From Polyangiales bacterium (GTDB lineage: Bacteria; Myxococcota_A; Polyangia; Polyangiales; Ga0077539), in contig JAXLYJ010000005.1 in assembly GCA_046351515.1 (NCBI GenBank), forward strand, positions 50,892-114,891: a DNA stretch of 64,000 nucleotides, in the 5' to 3' direction. This document shows, piece by piece, positions 22,542-33,143 of this stretch. The notes under the pieces are model-generated. The model was not told where the DNA came from and searched no databases. It saw only the letters and a list, made by a program, of their open reading frames with translations. Within the stretch, counting starts at the first letter, position 1. Every line of letters begins with the position of its first letter. The translations under genes were made by a program, and so were the position numbers.

Positions 22542-25195
22542 ATGACAGACGAACGAAGCAACGCAGGGGAGAGCAGTGGCAGCGGCGCAGCGGCGCCCAT
22601 CCCTGTGGTGTTCGAAGAAGAAGTGCAGCGCAGCTACCTCGACTACGCGATGAGCGTGATCGTAGGCCGCGCGATCCCCGACGCGCGCGACGGGCTCAAG
22701 CCCGTGCATCGGCGGATCTTGTACACGATGGAGCAGCTGAACCTCGCGCCCGGCGGCAAGTTCGTGAAGTGCGCGCGCGTGGTCGGAGACGTGCTCGGAA
22801 AGTTTCACCCGCACGGCGACTCGAGCGTGTACGACGCGCTCGTCCGCATGGCGCAGGACTTCTCGATGCGCATGCCGCTCGTCGACGGCCAGGGAAACTT
22901 CGGCTCGGTCGAGGGTGATCCCGCCGCTGCGTATCGTTACACCGAGTGCAAGCTCACGCGGATCGCTGAAGAAGTCCTGCGCGACATCGACAAGGACACC
23001 GTGGACTTCTCGCCGAACTACGACGGGAGCACGGAGGAGCCCGATGTGCTTCCGGCGCGGTTTCCGAACCTGCTCGTGAACGGCACCAACGGCATCGCCG
23101 TGGGCATGGCGACGAACATTCCTCCGCACAACCTCACGGAGGTCATCGACGGGACGCTTCACGTCATCGACCACCCCGAGTGCAACGTCGAGGACCTGCT
23201 CCCGTTCGTGAAGGGCCCGGATTTTCCCACGGCGGCGTCGATCCTCGGCACCGAGGGCGTGCGCAAGGCGTACCTCACGGGGCGCGGGACGATCACGATG
23301 CGCGCGAAGGCCGACATCGAGACGTTCGGCAAGGACCGCGAGCGCATCGTCATCACCGAGATCCCCTATCAAGTGAACAGCGCGAAGCTGCTCGAGCACA
23401 TGGCCGAGCTCGTTCGCGAGAAGAAGATCGAGGGCGTCTCGACCTGCGCAACGAGAGCTCGCGCGAGGGCATGCGCATCGTCGTCGAGCTCAAGCGCGAC
23501 GCGGTCGCTCAAGTGGTCCTCAACGCGCTCTACAAGCAGACGCAGCTGCAAGAGAACTTCGGCTACATCGCGCTCGCGATCGTCAACGGTCAGCCGCGCG
23601 TGCTGGATTTGAAGCAGCTGCTCTCGGTGTTCATCGAGCACCGACGGGACGTCGTCACGCGTCGCACGCGCTACGAGCTTCGCAAGGCCGAAGGCGAGCG
23701 CGAGATCGTCCTCGGCTTGGGGATGGCGACGACCGAGATCGACCTCGTGATCGCCACGATCCGCAAATCGCCTGATCCCGAGGCGGCCAAAGAAGCGCTC
23801 ATGGCGCTGCCGCTCAAGGGGCTCGAAGAGTTCGTTCGTCGCGCGGGCAGGCCCGAGCACGAGATCGCCGAAGCCGCGAAGGTCACGGACTATCGGCTCA
23901 CCGAGCGTCAGGCGAAGGCCATCTTGGACATGCGCCTGGCCAAGCTCACGGGCCTCGAGCAAGAGCAGCTCGCGCAGGACTACGGCAAGCTCTCGGAGAT
24001 CATCGCGTGGCTCAAGAGCATCCTCGGCGACGAGGGCGTGCTGCTCGGCGTGATCAAGAAAGAGCTCACGGACATCCGCGAGAAGTACGGCGAGGCGCGA
24101 CGCACGTCGCTCGAGCTCATGGACGGAGAGATCTCGATGGCCGACCTCGTGCCCGAGCACGAGGTGGTCGTCACGCTCTCGCACAAGGGCTACATCAAGC
24201 GCACGTCGCTCAGCGATTATCGCGCGCAGAATCGCTCGGGTAAGGGCAGCTCGGGCATGGACGTGCGCGACGAAGACTGGGTGCACCAGATCTTCGTCTC
24301 GAGCTCGCACGACTCGATCTTGTTCCTCACGGACACGGGCAAGGCGTTTACGAAGAAGATCTACGAGCTGCCCGAAGCCGCGCGCGCCTCGCGCGGAAAG
24401 GCGATCGTGAACTTCCTCGGCCTCGCGGACAGCGAGCGCGTCGCGGTGGCGCTTCCCGTCAAAGAGTTCAAAGAGGGCTTGGACCTCGTCACGTGCTCGA
24501 AGAAGGGCCTCGTCAAGCGCACGGACCTCACGGCGTACGGCAGCATTCGTCAGACGGGCATCATCGGCGTGGCGATCGACGAGGGCGACGAGCTGCTCAC
24601 CGCCATCGTCGTCTCGCCCGAGCGCGAGGTGATCATCGGGACGCGCAAGGGCATGAGCATTCGCTTCGCCGCGAGCGAGATTCGTCAGGTCGGCCGCGAC
24701 TCGCGCGGCGTCAAGGGCATCGAGCTGCGCGAGGGCGACGCGGTCGTCTCGCTGCGCGTCGTCGAAGATCCCGCGACGCAGCAGGTGCTCGCGGTCTGCG
24801 AAAAGGGCTACGGAAAGCGCACCGAGAGCGCGGAGTTTCGCAGCCAGGGCCGCGGAGGACTCGGCATCATCGCGATCGACGCCTCCGAGCGAAACGGCGA
24901 CGTGGTGGACATCGTGCTCGTCCGCGAGGGCGATCAGCTCATGGTGGTCACGGACAAGGGCCAGATGCTGCGCACGTTCGTCTCGCAGGTGCGGCTCGCG
25001 GGCCGCAACACGCAGGGCGTTCGCATCATCGACGTCAACGAGGGCGAGAAGGTCGTCGCGATCGAGCGCGTCGAGGTCGTCACCGTGGAGGGCGAGCCGC
25101 GACCGAGCTTGAGCCCGACGGACTCCGCGGCTTCTGGTGATGCGGGCGCGCCGACGACGCCGGCAGAGCCGAGCGAACCGGCGACGGACGCTTGA
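22542..25195 (+). CDS. gyrA: DNA gyrase subunit A
   Basis: [26 protein letters not shown], active-site Tyr region, QRLTGLE-like motifs and C-terminal beta-pinwheel repeats. One frameshift near 23450 joins ORFs 22524..23612 and 23180..25195. Acidic C-terminal tail. Confidence 0.95.
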
Positions 25196-25238
25196 GGAAT
25201 TTGCCTCGGCGCCGTCGCAGCAACGACAATAGCGCTAC

Positions 25239-26213
25239 GTGAAGGCTCACGAAGCGATTCTGACGGCTGCGCTGAGCGCCGCGCTGATCAGCCGGGCGGG
25301 GGCGGCGCGCGCGCAAAACGCCGGTGAATCGCAGTCGAGTTCGCAAGTGACCGCGCCCGCGCCGCCGTCGTCCGGCGAGGCGAGCGCTGGCGAGCGCGGG
25401 GCAACGACGAGCGCTGCGCAAACGAGCGCTGCGCAAACTGCGCAAACGACGAGCGCGTTCGGCCCGGTGGTCGGGCCATCGGTCGCGCAGGGCGAGCCCG
25501 AGCGGTACGCACGAACGCCGGATCCAACGGGGTGGCAGTACTTCGCGATGCCGGGCGCGCGCACGCTGGCGCAGGGCGATGGCGCGGTGAGCGTCGGCTC
25601 GCTGCTCGGGTGGGTCGCGCTGCGGTACGGAGCGCATCGGCGCGTGGACGTGGGCGTCGGCGTTCCGTACGCGCTCGTGGGGGTGTCGGCGGACGTGCGG
25701 ATCGCGCTCGTGAGCGAGCGCAGCTGGGCGTTGAGCGCGTGGGTGATGGCGCAGGTTCCCGTGCATCCGGGCACGAGCGTGGCTGGAGATTTCTTTGGGT
25801 TTACGTGGGGTGGCGGCGGCGCGTGGGGCGCGGTCGGACCGCTCGTCTCGATCTTCGGCGACCGTGGCGGGGTGCACTTCGGCGCGCACGTCGCGCAGCG
25901 CGTCTCGATGGGCGGACTGTGGGGGCTCGCGCATTTGAGCGCGGACGTGCGCGTCGCTGACGGCGTGAAGATCCTCGGACAAGCGTTGGTCTTCGGAGAG
26001 ATGGTCAACGAGTCGAGCGCCACCGTGGGGCGTCGCGCGTTGATCGGCAATCAGCAGCCGCGCGTGATGCCGTACGGGACGCTCGGCGTGCGATTGTTCA
26101 ATCGCCGGAGCTCCGTGGACGTCGGCGCGCTGGTGATCGTCGGCGAGCGGTCGCTGCTCGCGTACGGATCGGTGTCGGTCTGGCCGTGGCTCAGCGCTGT
26201 GCACGCGTTTTGA
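25239..26213 (+). CDS. secreted hypothetical protein (possible outer-membrane beta-barrel)
   Basis: Signal peptide MKAHEAILTAALSAALISRAGAARA. An S/T/A-rich linker, then alternating hydrophobic beta-strand-like segments rich in G/V/A/W, ending in ...SAVHAF (aromatic C-terminus). Confidence 0.4.
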   Translation: MKAHEAILTAALSAALISRAGAARAQNAGESQSSSQVTAPAPPSSGEASAGERGATTSAAQTSAAQTAQTTSAFGPVVGPSVAQGEPERYARTPDPTGWQYFAMPGARTLAQGDGAVSVGSLLGWVALRYGAHRRVDVGVGVPYALVGVSADVRIALVSERSWALSAWVMAQVPVHPGTSVAGDFFGFTWGGGGAWGAVGPLVSIFGDRGGVHFGAHVAQRVSMGGLWGLAHLSADVRVADGVKILGQALVFGEMVNESSATVGRRALIGNQQPRVMPYGTLGVRLFNRRSSVDVGALVIVGERSLLAYGSVSVWPWLSAVHAF

Positions 26214-26275
26214 GGCGATCGAGCTCCCATGAGAGGCACACGAATTCAACGATCGATCGAAGACGGAGCGCCGCG

Positions 26276-26869
26276 ATGAACCACGGTTCAGCGAACGGAG
26301 ACCGCTCGGTGCGCGGTGCGCGCGCGCAGGCGCTGCTCGACGGCGTGATGGCGCGGCTCGAGGCTCGCGGCGTCGAGCTCGTGTACAAGAGCGACTCGTG
26401 GTTTCAGCGCGCGATCGATCGAGCGCTGCGCGTGCTCACGTTCGGCGCGATGAGCTCGTACCTCTCGGGCTACGTGACGACCATCGGACGGACGATCTAC
26501 CTGCCCGATGACTGGGAGCTGACCGCGCCGGGGCGTCGGTGGGAGACGCTCGAGCACGAGCTGGTGCACGTCGGGCAGTTCGAGCGCTACGGGTTCGTGG
26601 GGATGGCGGTGCTCTACCTGCTCGTTCCGCTGCCGATGGGGCTGGCGTGGTTTCGCGCGCGGCTCGAATGGGAGGCGTATCGGGTGACGATCCGGTGCGT
26701 GGCGGAGCTCGAAGGGATCGAAGCGGCGAGGGACCGGTCGTTTCGCGAGGAAATCGTCCGGCGATTCACGGGGCCGGACTACGGGTACATGTGGCCGTTT
26801 GCGCGTTCGGTGCATCGATGGATCGAGGGAGAACTCGCGACCATCGAGCGCTCGCACGCGGTACATTGA
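26276..26869 (+). CDS. hypothetical HExxH-motif protein (putative zinc metallo-hydrolase)
   Basis: LEHELVHVGQFERYGF contains HEXXH in a context resembling small predicted metallopeptidase families. Ends 11 nt before the Hsp70 start. Confidence 0.4.
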   Translation: MNHGSANGDRSVRGARAQALLDGVMARLEARGVELVYKSDSWFQRAIDRALRVLTFGAMSSYLSGYVTTIGRTIYLPDDWELTAPGRRWETLEHELVHVGQFERYGFVGMAVLYLLVPLPMGLAWFRARLEWEAYRVTIRCVAELEGIEAARDRSFREEIVRRFTGPDYGYMWPFARSVHRWIEGELATIERSHAVH

Positions 26870-26880
26870 AGGTGAGAGAG

Positions 26881-29800
26881 ATGACTAACCCGATCGCGGT
26901 CGGAATCGATCTGGGAACGACGAACTCCGTCGTCGCCGTCGCGCAAGGCGGACAGCCGCGCGTGCTCACGACTCCCGAAGGGGTCGGCCTGATCCCGAGC
27001 GTGGTGTCCTTCGCTGCGAACGGTCAGACGCTCGTGGGCGCGCCCGCGCGCGCGGCGCGCACAGTGGATCCCGAGAACACCGTGTTCTCTGTGAAGCGCT
27101 TGATGGGCCGGCCGTTCGACTCGGAAGAAGTGCGTCGCGCCGCCGCTCGCTTCGCGTTTCAGCTCGAGCGCGGCCCCGATCAATCGGTCTTGGTTCGCAC
27201 TCGCGCGGGCACGCACACGCTGCCCGAGCTGAGCGCGCTCGTCCTTCGCGAGGTGCGTCGCGTCGCCGAAGCCGCGCTCGGTCAGCCCATCGGGCGCGCG
27301 GTGATCACGGTCCCGGCCAACTTCAACGAGCTGCAGCGCAGCGCCACGAAGCTCGCCGGGCAAATCGCCGAGATCGACGTCGCGCGCATCTTGAACGAGC
27401 CGACCGCCGCCGCGCTCGCCTACGGCTACGGCCGCGGGACGCGCGAGCGCATCGCGGTCTTCGACTTCGGCGGCGGAACGTTCGACGTCACGCTGCTCGA
27501 GCTGTCGGGCAACGTGTTCGAAGTGCTCGCCACCGCAGGGGACACCTTTCTTGGTGGCGACGACATCGACATCGCGCTCGCCGAAGGCCTCGCGGACGGA
27601 GCTTCCAAAGCCCTGCGTTTCGACGCGCGAAAAGACCGCCGCGCGTACGAGCTGCTCCGCGCTGCCGCCGAGCAAGCGAAGATCGACCTCTCGACGCTCG
27701 AGAGCGCGCAGATCAAAGTGCCCAACATCGCGCAGGGGCCTGGCGGTCGAGCGTTGGAGTTTCGCTCGCGCATCGCTCGGTCTGAGTTCGAGAAGGTCGC
27801 GCAGCCGTTTGTGCAGCGAACGATCGACGTGTGCGCCGAGGCGCTCAAGCTCGCGGGCCTGCGCCCCAACGACTTCGCCGCGGTGATCCTGGTCGGTGGT
27901 TCGTCGCAAATCCCGCTCGTTCGCCGGGCGGTTCGCGATTTCTTCCGCAGCGAGCCGCACACTTCTCTTCCGCCCGACACGGTCGTCGGGATGGGCGCCG
28001 CGGTGCTCGCCGAGGCGCTCGGCGGCAAGCGCACGAAGATCACTGGGCAGACGCGCGCGAGCAAATCTCCTTCGGGCGCTCCTCCTTCTGCTTCGCAGAA
28101 CGCGCCCGCGTCGCCGTCGCAAGCGCCGATGTCTGCGGCGGTCGCGGGGCCCATTCCTGCGCCGCCGCTCGCTCCGCACGTGAGCCTCTCGGACGCCGCG
28201 ATGCCCGCGGTTCGACCACCGCAGCAGCCGCTCGCGCCGCCACCTCCGCCACCCCCTCCGATGATGGGAGGCGCCGATCTTCCCGCGGTGTCCGTGAGCA
28301 GCGCTGCGCTGCCGGCGGTCGCTGGCCCTCGTCCAGCGGGGCGCGCGCCGATCAACCGCGGAGCTCCTGCGGCTCCGCCGCCACCGCCGCCGGTCGCGAT
28401 CGCGTCGAGCGAGCCGACCAACGCCTCGGTGACGGGGTTGCCCGCGCTCAAGGCGACGGGTCGAGGCGTGGGCGGCGCGATGGCGCCACCGCCACCACCA
28501 CCGCCACCGCCGTTGCCTCCGATGGCTCCAGACTTCGGCGCGCACTCGGTCTCGGATCTGCCTGCGCTCAAGGGTGCGGGGCTTCCTGCGGTGCCGAAGG
28601 GCGGGCCGATTCCGAGCACGCTGTCGACCGACGGCTTGCCCGCGGTGAAGATCAACGAGAGCGTTGCGGCGTTGCCTGCGGTCGCGCTTCCAAGTGGAGC
28701 TCCTGCGGTGCGTCCGCGCACGTCGACCGAGCCGCACGGCGTGACGAAGCCGAGCTCACCGTCGGACCACGCGATGCCTGCGGTGCGACAAGAGCCCGCG
28801 CCGCCGTCCGCTGGTGCGCCGATGCCCGCGCCGCGGATGCGCACGCGAACGATCACCCATGCGAGCGCGGCGGTTCCGCCGCCCGCGCCGCTTCCGCCGC
28901 CGGGGGCTGCGCTGCCTGGAGCTCCGCCCGCATCGTCGATCGTCCCGCCCAAGCCCGGCGATCTCTCGTGGGCGTCGAGCCAATCGCAGCCGTCGATCTC
29001 CGTGAACCCGTCGTCGATCGTGCCGCTCGATGATGACGATGGCGTGGATCTTCCCAGCATTCCTCGCAGCACAGGAAAGTCCATCCCGGTCGGTCCCGAG
29101 CTCGACGACGCGTTCGGCGACGAGCCAACGGCGATGCACAGCGGCGCGTTGCTCTCGGGCGCGTTGGCCGCGAAGACGGTCCCCAACATCGCGAGCTCGA
29201 CCGACCTTCCGATGCTCTCGCAGAAGGTCGAATCGAAGATCCCGACGCTCACCTCGGTCGACGCTTCGAGCGTCGAGATCCCTGATCGCTTCAAGGCTCC
29301 GCAGGGCTCGCACATCCCGACGCAACCCTCGATTGGGCCGAACGTTCTCGGCTCGATGAAGGGGGCGGCAGACGCGCCGCCCGAGGGCGTCACGACGCTC
29401 AAGCGCATCTCGACGCTCATCGAGGACGCGGACGAGCCCGATCTTCCGGTGCCTTCGGCGCCGAAGGCCGCGCCGATCTTCGGCGGGCAGGCGATTTCGG
29501 TGCCCACGCCGCCGGTGCCTCAGCCTCCGCCCGCGCCCGCGGGGCCATCGGTCAACCCGATGGCCGCAGGGCGTCGCACCGCGGTGATGGCTGCCGCTCC
29601 GCCTCCGCCTCCGCCTCCGATGCCGAGCGCCGCGATGGCGCCGCCGTTTCCGCCGATCGGAGCTGCTCCGCCGCTGCCGCCGGCGCCGCCCCCCATCGCA
29701 TACGCGCCCGATCCCCAGTTCGGCGACCCGTCGTTGCTCACGTCGATGAAGGGCCTGAGCGACACGGACCTGGGATTCGACGCTCCATTGCCGCCTCCGC

Positions 29801-30432
29801 CTCCGCCGGTGCCGCCGGCGATCACGACGGCGCCGATGGGGACCGTCACTGCGCCGAGCGCCGTTCCGAACAGCGCGGGGCACTACGCTCCGCCCGCGTG
29901 GAACCAGCCGCCGATGCCGGCGCCGCCGATGCCGATGCCGCAAGCGCCACAAGTGTCGCAAGCGATGCCGCCGCTCGTGACACCGCAACAGCCGCCGCCT
30001 GCGCCGTCGGTGCGCATGCAGGCGCCGTTGCTGCTCGACGTGACGCCGCAGAGCCTTCGCGTCGAGACCGTGGGCGGGCTGAGCCAGCTCGTGATCGCGC
30101 GCAACTCGACGATCCCGCTCGAGCAGACGCGAGAGTTCGCGACGGCGTACGACAATCAGCAGGACGTTCGCATTCGCATCGCGCAAGGAGAGCAGGCGAA
30201 ATTCGGCGAGAACCAGCCGCTCGGCGAGCTCGAGCTCACGGGCCTGCGTCCTGCGCCGCGCGGCGACGTCAAGATCGCCGTCACCTTCGAGCTCGACGCC
30301 GACGGAACGCTCCGCGTCCGCGCCGAAGACATGCTCACAGGCGCGCAGACCACGGCGCGCATCAACCTTCTCACGATGCCCGGCGGCAACGCGCAAGCGT
30401 CGGCGATGGCCGCGCGTCAGCGAGGGGCGTAG
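26881..30432 (+). CDS. atypical Hsp70/DnaK-family ATPase with a ~690-aa proline-rich low-complexity insertion between NBD and SBD-beta; no helical lid
   Basis: N-terminus VGIDLGTTNSVVAV, phosphate-2 DFGGGTFDVTLLEL, and ILVGGSSQIPLVR form an actin-like NBD (~400 aa). Then PPPPPPP tracts with recurring [DG]LPA[VL] and MPAVR motifs. Then LLLDVTPQSLRVETVGG...VTFELDADGTLRV, a canonical SBD-beta. RBS ggtgagagag before the ATG at 26881. Confidence 0.8.
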   Translation: MTNPIAVGIDLGTTNSVVAVAQGGQPRVLTTPEGVGLIPSVVSFAANGQTLVGAPARAARTVDPENTVFSVKRLMGRPFDSEEVRRAAARFAFQLERGPDQSVLVRTRAGTHTLPELSALVLREVRRVAEAALGQPIGRAVITVPANFNELQRSATKLAGQIAEIDVARILNEPTAAALAYGYGRGTRERIAVFDFGGGTFDVTLLELSGNVFEVLATAGDTFLGGDDIDIALAEGLADGASKALRFDARKDRRAYELLRAAAEQAKIDLSTLESAQIKVPNIAQGPGGRALEFRSRIARSEFEKVAQPFVQRTIDVCAEALKLAGLRPNDFAAVILVGGSSQIPLVRRAVRDFFRSEPHTSLPPDTVVGMGAAVLAEALGGKRTKITGQTRASKSPSGAPPSASQNAPASPSQAPMSAAVAGPIPAPPLAPHVSLSDAAMPAVRPPQQPLAPPPPPPPPMMGGADLPAVSVSSAALPAVAGPRPAGRAPINRGAPAAPPPPPPVAIASSEPTNASVTGLPALKATGRGVGGAMAPPPPPPPPPLPPMAPDFGAHSVSDLPALKGAGLPAVPKGGPIPSTLSTDGLPAVKINESVAALPAVALPSGAPAVRPRTSTEPHGVTKPSSPSDHAMPAVRQEPAPPSAGAPMPAPRMRTRTITHASAAVPPPAPLPPPGAALPGAPPASSIVPPKPGDLSWASSQSQPSISVNPSSIVPLDDDDGVDLPSIPRSTGKSIPVGPELDDAFGDEPTAMHSGALLSGALAAKTVPNIASSTDLPMLSQKVESKIPTLTSVDASSVEIPDRFKAPQGSHIPTQPSIGPNVLGSMKGAADAPPEGVTTLKRISTLIEDADEPDLPVPSAPKAAPIFGGQAISVPTPPVPQPPPAPAGPSVNPMAAGRRTAVMAAAPPPPPPPMPSAAMAPPFPPIGAAPPLPPAPPPIAYAPDPQFGDPSLLTSMKGLSDTDLGFDAPLPPPPPPVPPAITTAPMGTVTAPSAVPNSAGHYAPPAWNQPPMPAPPMPMPQAPQVSQAMPPLVTPQQPPPAPSVRMQAPLLLDVTPQSLRVETVGGLSQLVIARNSTIPLEQTREFATAYDNQQDVRIRIAQGEQAKFGENQPLGELELTGLRPAPRGDVKIAVTFELDADGTLRVRAEDMLTGAQTTARINLLTMPGGNAQASAMAARQRGA

Positions 30433-30434
30433 CC

Positions 30435-30956
30435 GTGCAGAGCGAGTCCGAGCGTCGCGCGCAGTTCGACCTCGTCCGCGAGCAGCTCGACGACCTCGAC
30501 TACTACGCGGTGCTCGGCGTCGCGAAGAGCGCGAGCGCCGAGCAAATCCGCGATGCGTTTCACGAGTTCGCGCTGCTCTTTCATCCCGATCGATACGTCG
30601 ACGACGAGGCGACGCAGCGGCAAGCGCTGCATGTGTTCAAGCGCGGCAGCGAGGCGTATCGGGTGCTGACCAACACGGTCTTGCGGGCGCGCTTCGATCA
30701 GGCGCGCGCGCGCGGCGCGCTGCGGTTGAGCGCGGACGAGATGTTCGCGGGCGTCGATTCAGCGAGCGGCGCCGTCGCAGAGATTCCGCTGCCTCCCGCG
30801 GCGCAAGCGCTGTTCGACAAGGCGACGCAAGCGCTCGAGCGAGGGGACATCAACAACGCCAAGATGCACCTGATGCTGGCGCGCGCGAAGGCGAGCTCGC
30901 CGCGATTCGACGTGCTTCAAGCGCGCATCGACGAAGCGACGTCTCGCAAGCGCTAG
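30435..30956 (+). CDS. J-domain protein (DnaJ-like co-chaperone; J domain only)
   Basis: DYYAVLGVAKSASAEQIRDAFHEFALLFHPDRY has the HPD tripeptide. The GTG start is 3 nt after the Hsp70 stop. ~173 aa. Confidence 0.75.
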   Translation: MQSESERRAQFDLVREQLDDLDYYAVLGVAKSASAEQIRDAFHEFALLFHPDRYVDDEATQRQALHVFKRGSEAYRVLTNTVLRARFDQARARGALRLSADEMFAGVDSASGAVAEIPLPPAAQALFDKATQALERGDINNAKMHLMLARAKASSPRFDVLQARIDEATSRKR

Positions 30957-31162
30957 AGCGCCGCCCGGTTGGAAGGCAGACACGCCACGAGCGATCTGCT
31001 GGGAAAGATCCCGAGCCATCTCGTCGCGTGTCGCCAACCGAAGGCGGAGCCGCTGTCGCGCGCCGCCCGGTTGGAAGGAAGACACGCCACGAGCGATCTG
31101 CTGGGAAAGATCCCGAGCCATCTCGTCGCGTGTCGCCAACCGAAGGCGGAGCCGCTGTCGTG
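30957..31162. repeat. tandem pair of 102-bp palindromic repeat units (family A, locus 1) filling a convergent intergenic gap
   Basis: Unit cgccgcccggttggaagg[c/a]agacacgccacgag...gggaaagatccc...ctcgtcgcgtgtcgccaaccgaaggcggagccgctgtcg, repeated with period 102 (30959 and 31061). Arms ggttggaagg.agacacgcc.cgag / ctcgtcgcgtgtcgccaacc are imperfect reverse complements. Begins 1 nt after the TAG of the J-domain gene. Confidence 0.85.
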
Positions 31163-31185
31163 GCGCGGCGGTCCGTCGGCCGCGC

Positions 31186-33119
31186 TCAGCCTGGCGCTGT
31201 TGCGGGCAGAAGCTTCTTCGCTGCTTCGGCGATCGCTCGCGCGTCGTCGTCGCGACCGAGCGCGCGATAGAGCGACGAGAGGAGCGAGAGCGCCGCGGCT
31301 TCGCCGACGGAGTCGTTGCGCTGGCGAGCGATGGCGAGCGCGAGCAACGTCGATCGAACGGCGCGCGGCGCGTCTCCGCTGGAGGCCTGCGCGAGCGCGG
31401 CGGTGAGCTGCAGCTTCGATGACGACTCGTCGACGGCGGCGCTGGTGGCCGTGAGCTGCACTGCGCGGTGGGAGTTTCCGCGGACGAGCTCGGCGAGCGC
31501 GCGAAGACGGGAGGCTCCGTCGGTGTCGTCGCGGCTCTCGAGCTGCGCGGCCGCGGCTTCGAGCGCGAAGGGATCGAACGTGCGCGCGCGGGACGGCCGA
31601 GCGCGGGCGCCGACCACCTCGAATGTCACCGCGGGGCCGATCGCCGCGAGGGCAGCGCGAATCGTGCTGGCGATCTCGGGTTGATCCGAGTCGCGCGAGG
31701 CGTGCACGAGAAAGCGAAGCGCCGCAGCGGTGGCGCCAGCGTCGAGCGCGGCCCGAGCGGCTTGCGCGAAGGCGAGGGCGGCGTCGCGGGGTCGATCGAC
31801 GGAGAGGTATCGCTCGGCCTGCGCTCCGTGCGCGGCCGCTCCGCACTCGAGCAGTGTGAGCGCGCGTGGATTGGCGCGACCGACCGCGCGGCGCACGGAC
31901 TCGTCGATGCGAATGCGCTCGTCCGATTGGTGCACGAGGGCGAGTCGCGAGAGTCGATCGAGCGCGTCGTCCGGGGCGCCGCTGAACAGCCCGCGCAACA
32001 GGGCGTGGGCGGTCTGCGTCGAGCGCCCGTCGTTGAGCGCGCACACCGCGCGCAGCGCTTCGCGAAGGGACTGCGGCAAATCGTGGATGCGCGCGGCGAC
32101 GGGCTCTTTGGGGCGCGAGGCGGCCTTGAGCGCGCGTCGTGCGCGCAGGGCCCAACCGCCCTCTTCGCGGATGACGGTGCCGAGCTGCACCGCGGCGCGG
32201 ACCGCTTCGACGATGCGGCCTGGCAAGAACTCTCCGCGGCGCGCGAGGACCTTGTCGATCTTGGGGTCGTGCTCGCCTTCGAGCATCGCGCGAACGAGCG
32301 CTCGCGCGTCGTACTCTCGCAGCGGTCCGACGGTGATTCCTTCGGGCGGCGCGCGCAGCGGCAGCGTGAATTCGTCGCTGATGCGGACGATCACCGTGCG
32401 CTTGGAGACGATGCGCTCGATGGCCTTCGCGAAGGTCGCTGCGTGCGCGGCGGGGACGGGGTCCGCGATCACCCACGCTTCAGGGGGGCAGCGCTCGAGC
32501 GCTCGGTCGAGCGCCGAGGGCCCGCCGGCGATGATGTCTCCGGGCAGATAAAACGCTGGCGCTTGCGCGCGGGTCGCCGCCTCTTCGATGAGCCTCGCGG
32601 CGCCTGCGCCCGCGACGGCTTTGACCACCACCGGGCTGCCCCGCTCGATCGCGGTGGTGAGCGCCGAGAGCTCGCGTTGGCGTGCGACGAACACCGGGCG
32701 TTCGGGCAGCGTCGGGACGAGCTCGCGACAGGCGTGCCGATCGGCCGATCGCGGAGCGAGCGCGGCGGACAGGCACGGCAGCGTCCAGTGTTCGCGCGCG
32801 ATGGGGCGCACGAGGACGAGCTCGTGCTCGAGACGAAGCCGCGCGTTGTAGTCGAGCAGCAGCTCGCCGGTCTCTGCAGCGCACGCGAGCGCGGCGGCGC
32901 GCAATCGAGCCTCGGTGGGATCGCTGCCCTCGAGCGCGACCGCGCCCGATAGCCCTTGGTGCATCGTGGGAAGCAAGCGCGCGAGGCGCTCCGCCGCGTC
33001 CGACGGTCGAAGCGTCTCGAACAAGAACGCCTCGAGGCTATCGACCCACCCGCTCGGCGACCCGAGCACGGCGCGCGCCTCGACGAGCGCGTCTTCAGCC
33101 CCCTCAGTGCGACGATCCA
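31186..33119 (-). CDS. large hypothetical protein downstream of pspA; central degenerate P-loop NTPase-like region and C-terminal helical repeats
   Basis: The 772-aa ORF 31186..33504 overlaps pspA out of frame in its first ~125 codons. A plausible TTG/GTG start is ~25 nt after the pspA stop. Contains ...SPVVVKAVAGAGAARL... (glycine-rich loop lacking Lys) and hhhhD AWVIADPV. The C-terminus is Ala/Leu-rich and TPR-like. Confidence 0.45.
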
Positions 33120-33143
33120 ACAATCCATTCTGCGACGAAGAGA

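Noticed and set aside
26214-26275. GGCAC-acgaa-TTCAA upstream of the HExxH gene as a sigma-54 promoter
   Set aside because: The -12 element has CA where the invariant GC is required, so it does not fit the sigma-54 consensus.
26779-30396. Three long minus-strand ORFs (26779..28737, 27426..29507, 28756..30396) inside the Hsp70 gene
   Set aside because: All are antisense to the homology-supported Hsp70 (NBD and SBD in one plus-strand frame). Their Gly/Arg-rich translations are the reverse-complement reading of the Pro/Ala-rich linker.
30759-31406. ORFs 30969..31406 (+) and 30759..31139 (-) with internally duplicated peptide strings (LATRDEMARDLSQQIARGVS x2; EGRHATSDLLGKIPSHLVACRQPKAEPL x2)
   Set aside because: The duplication is simply the translated 102-bp DNA repeat. 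No start context. Substitutions between copies are not synonymous-biased. The same holds for 36442..36858 and 35749..36687 at locus 2.
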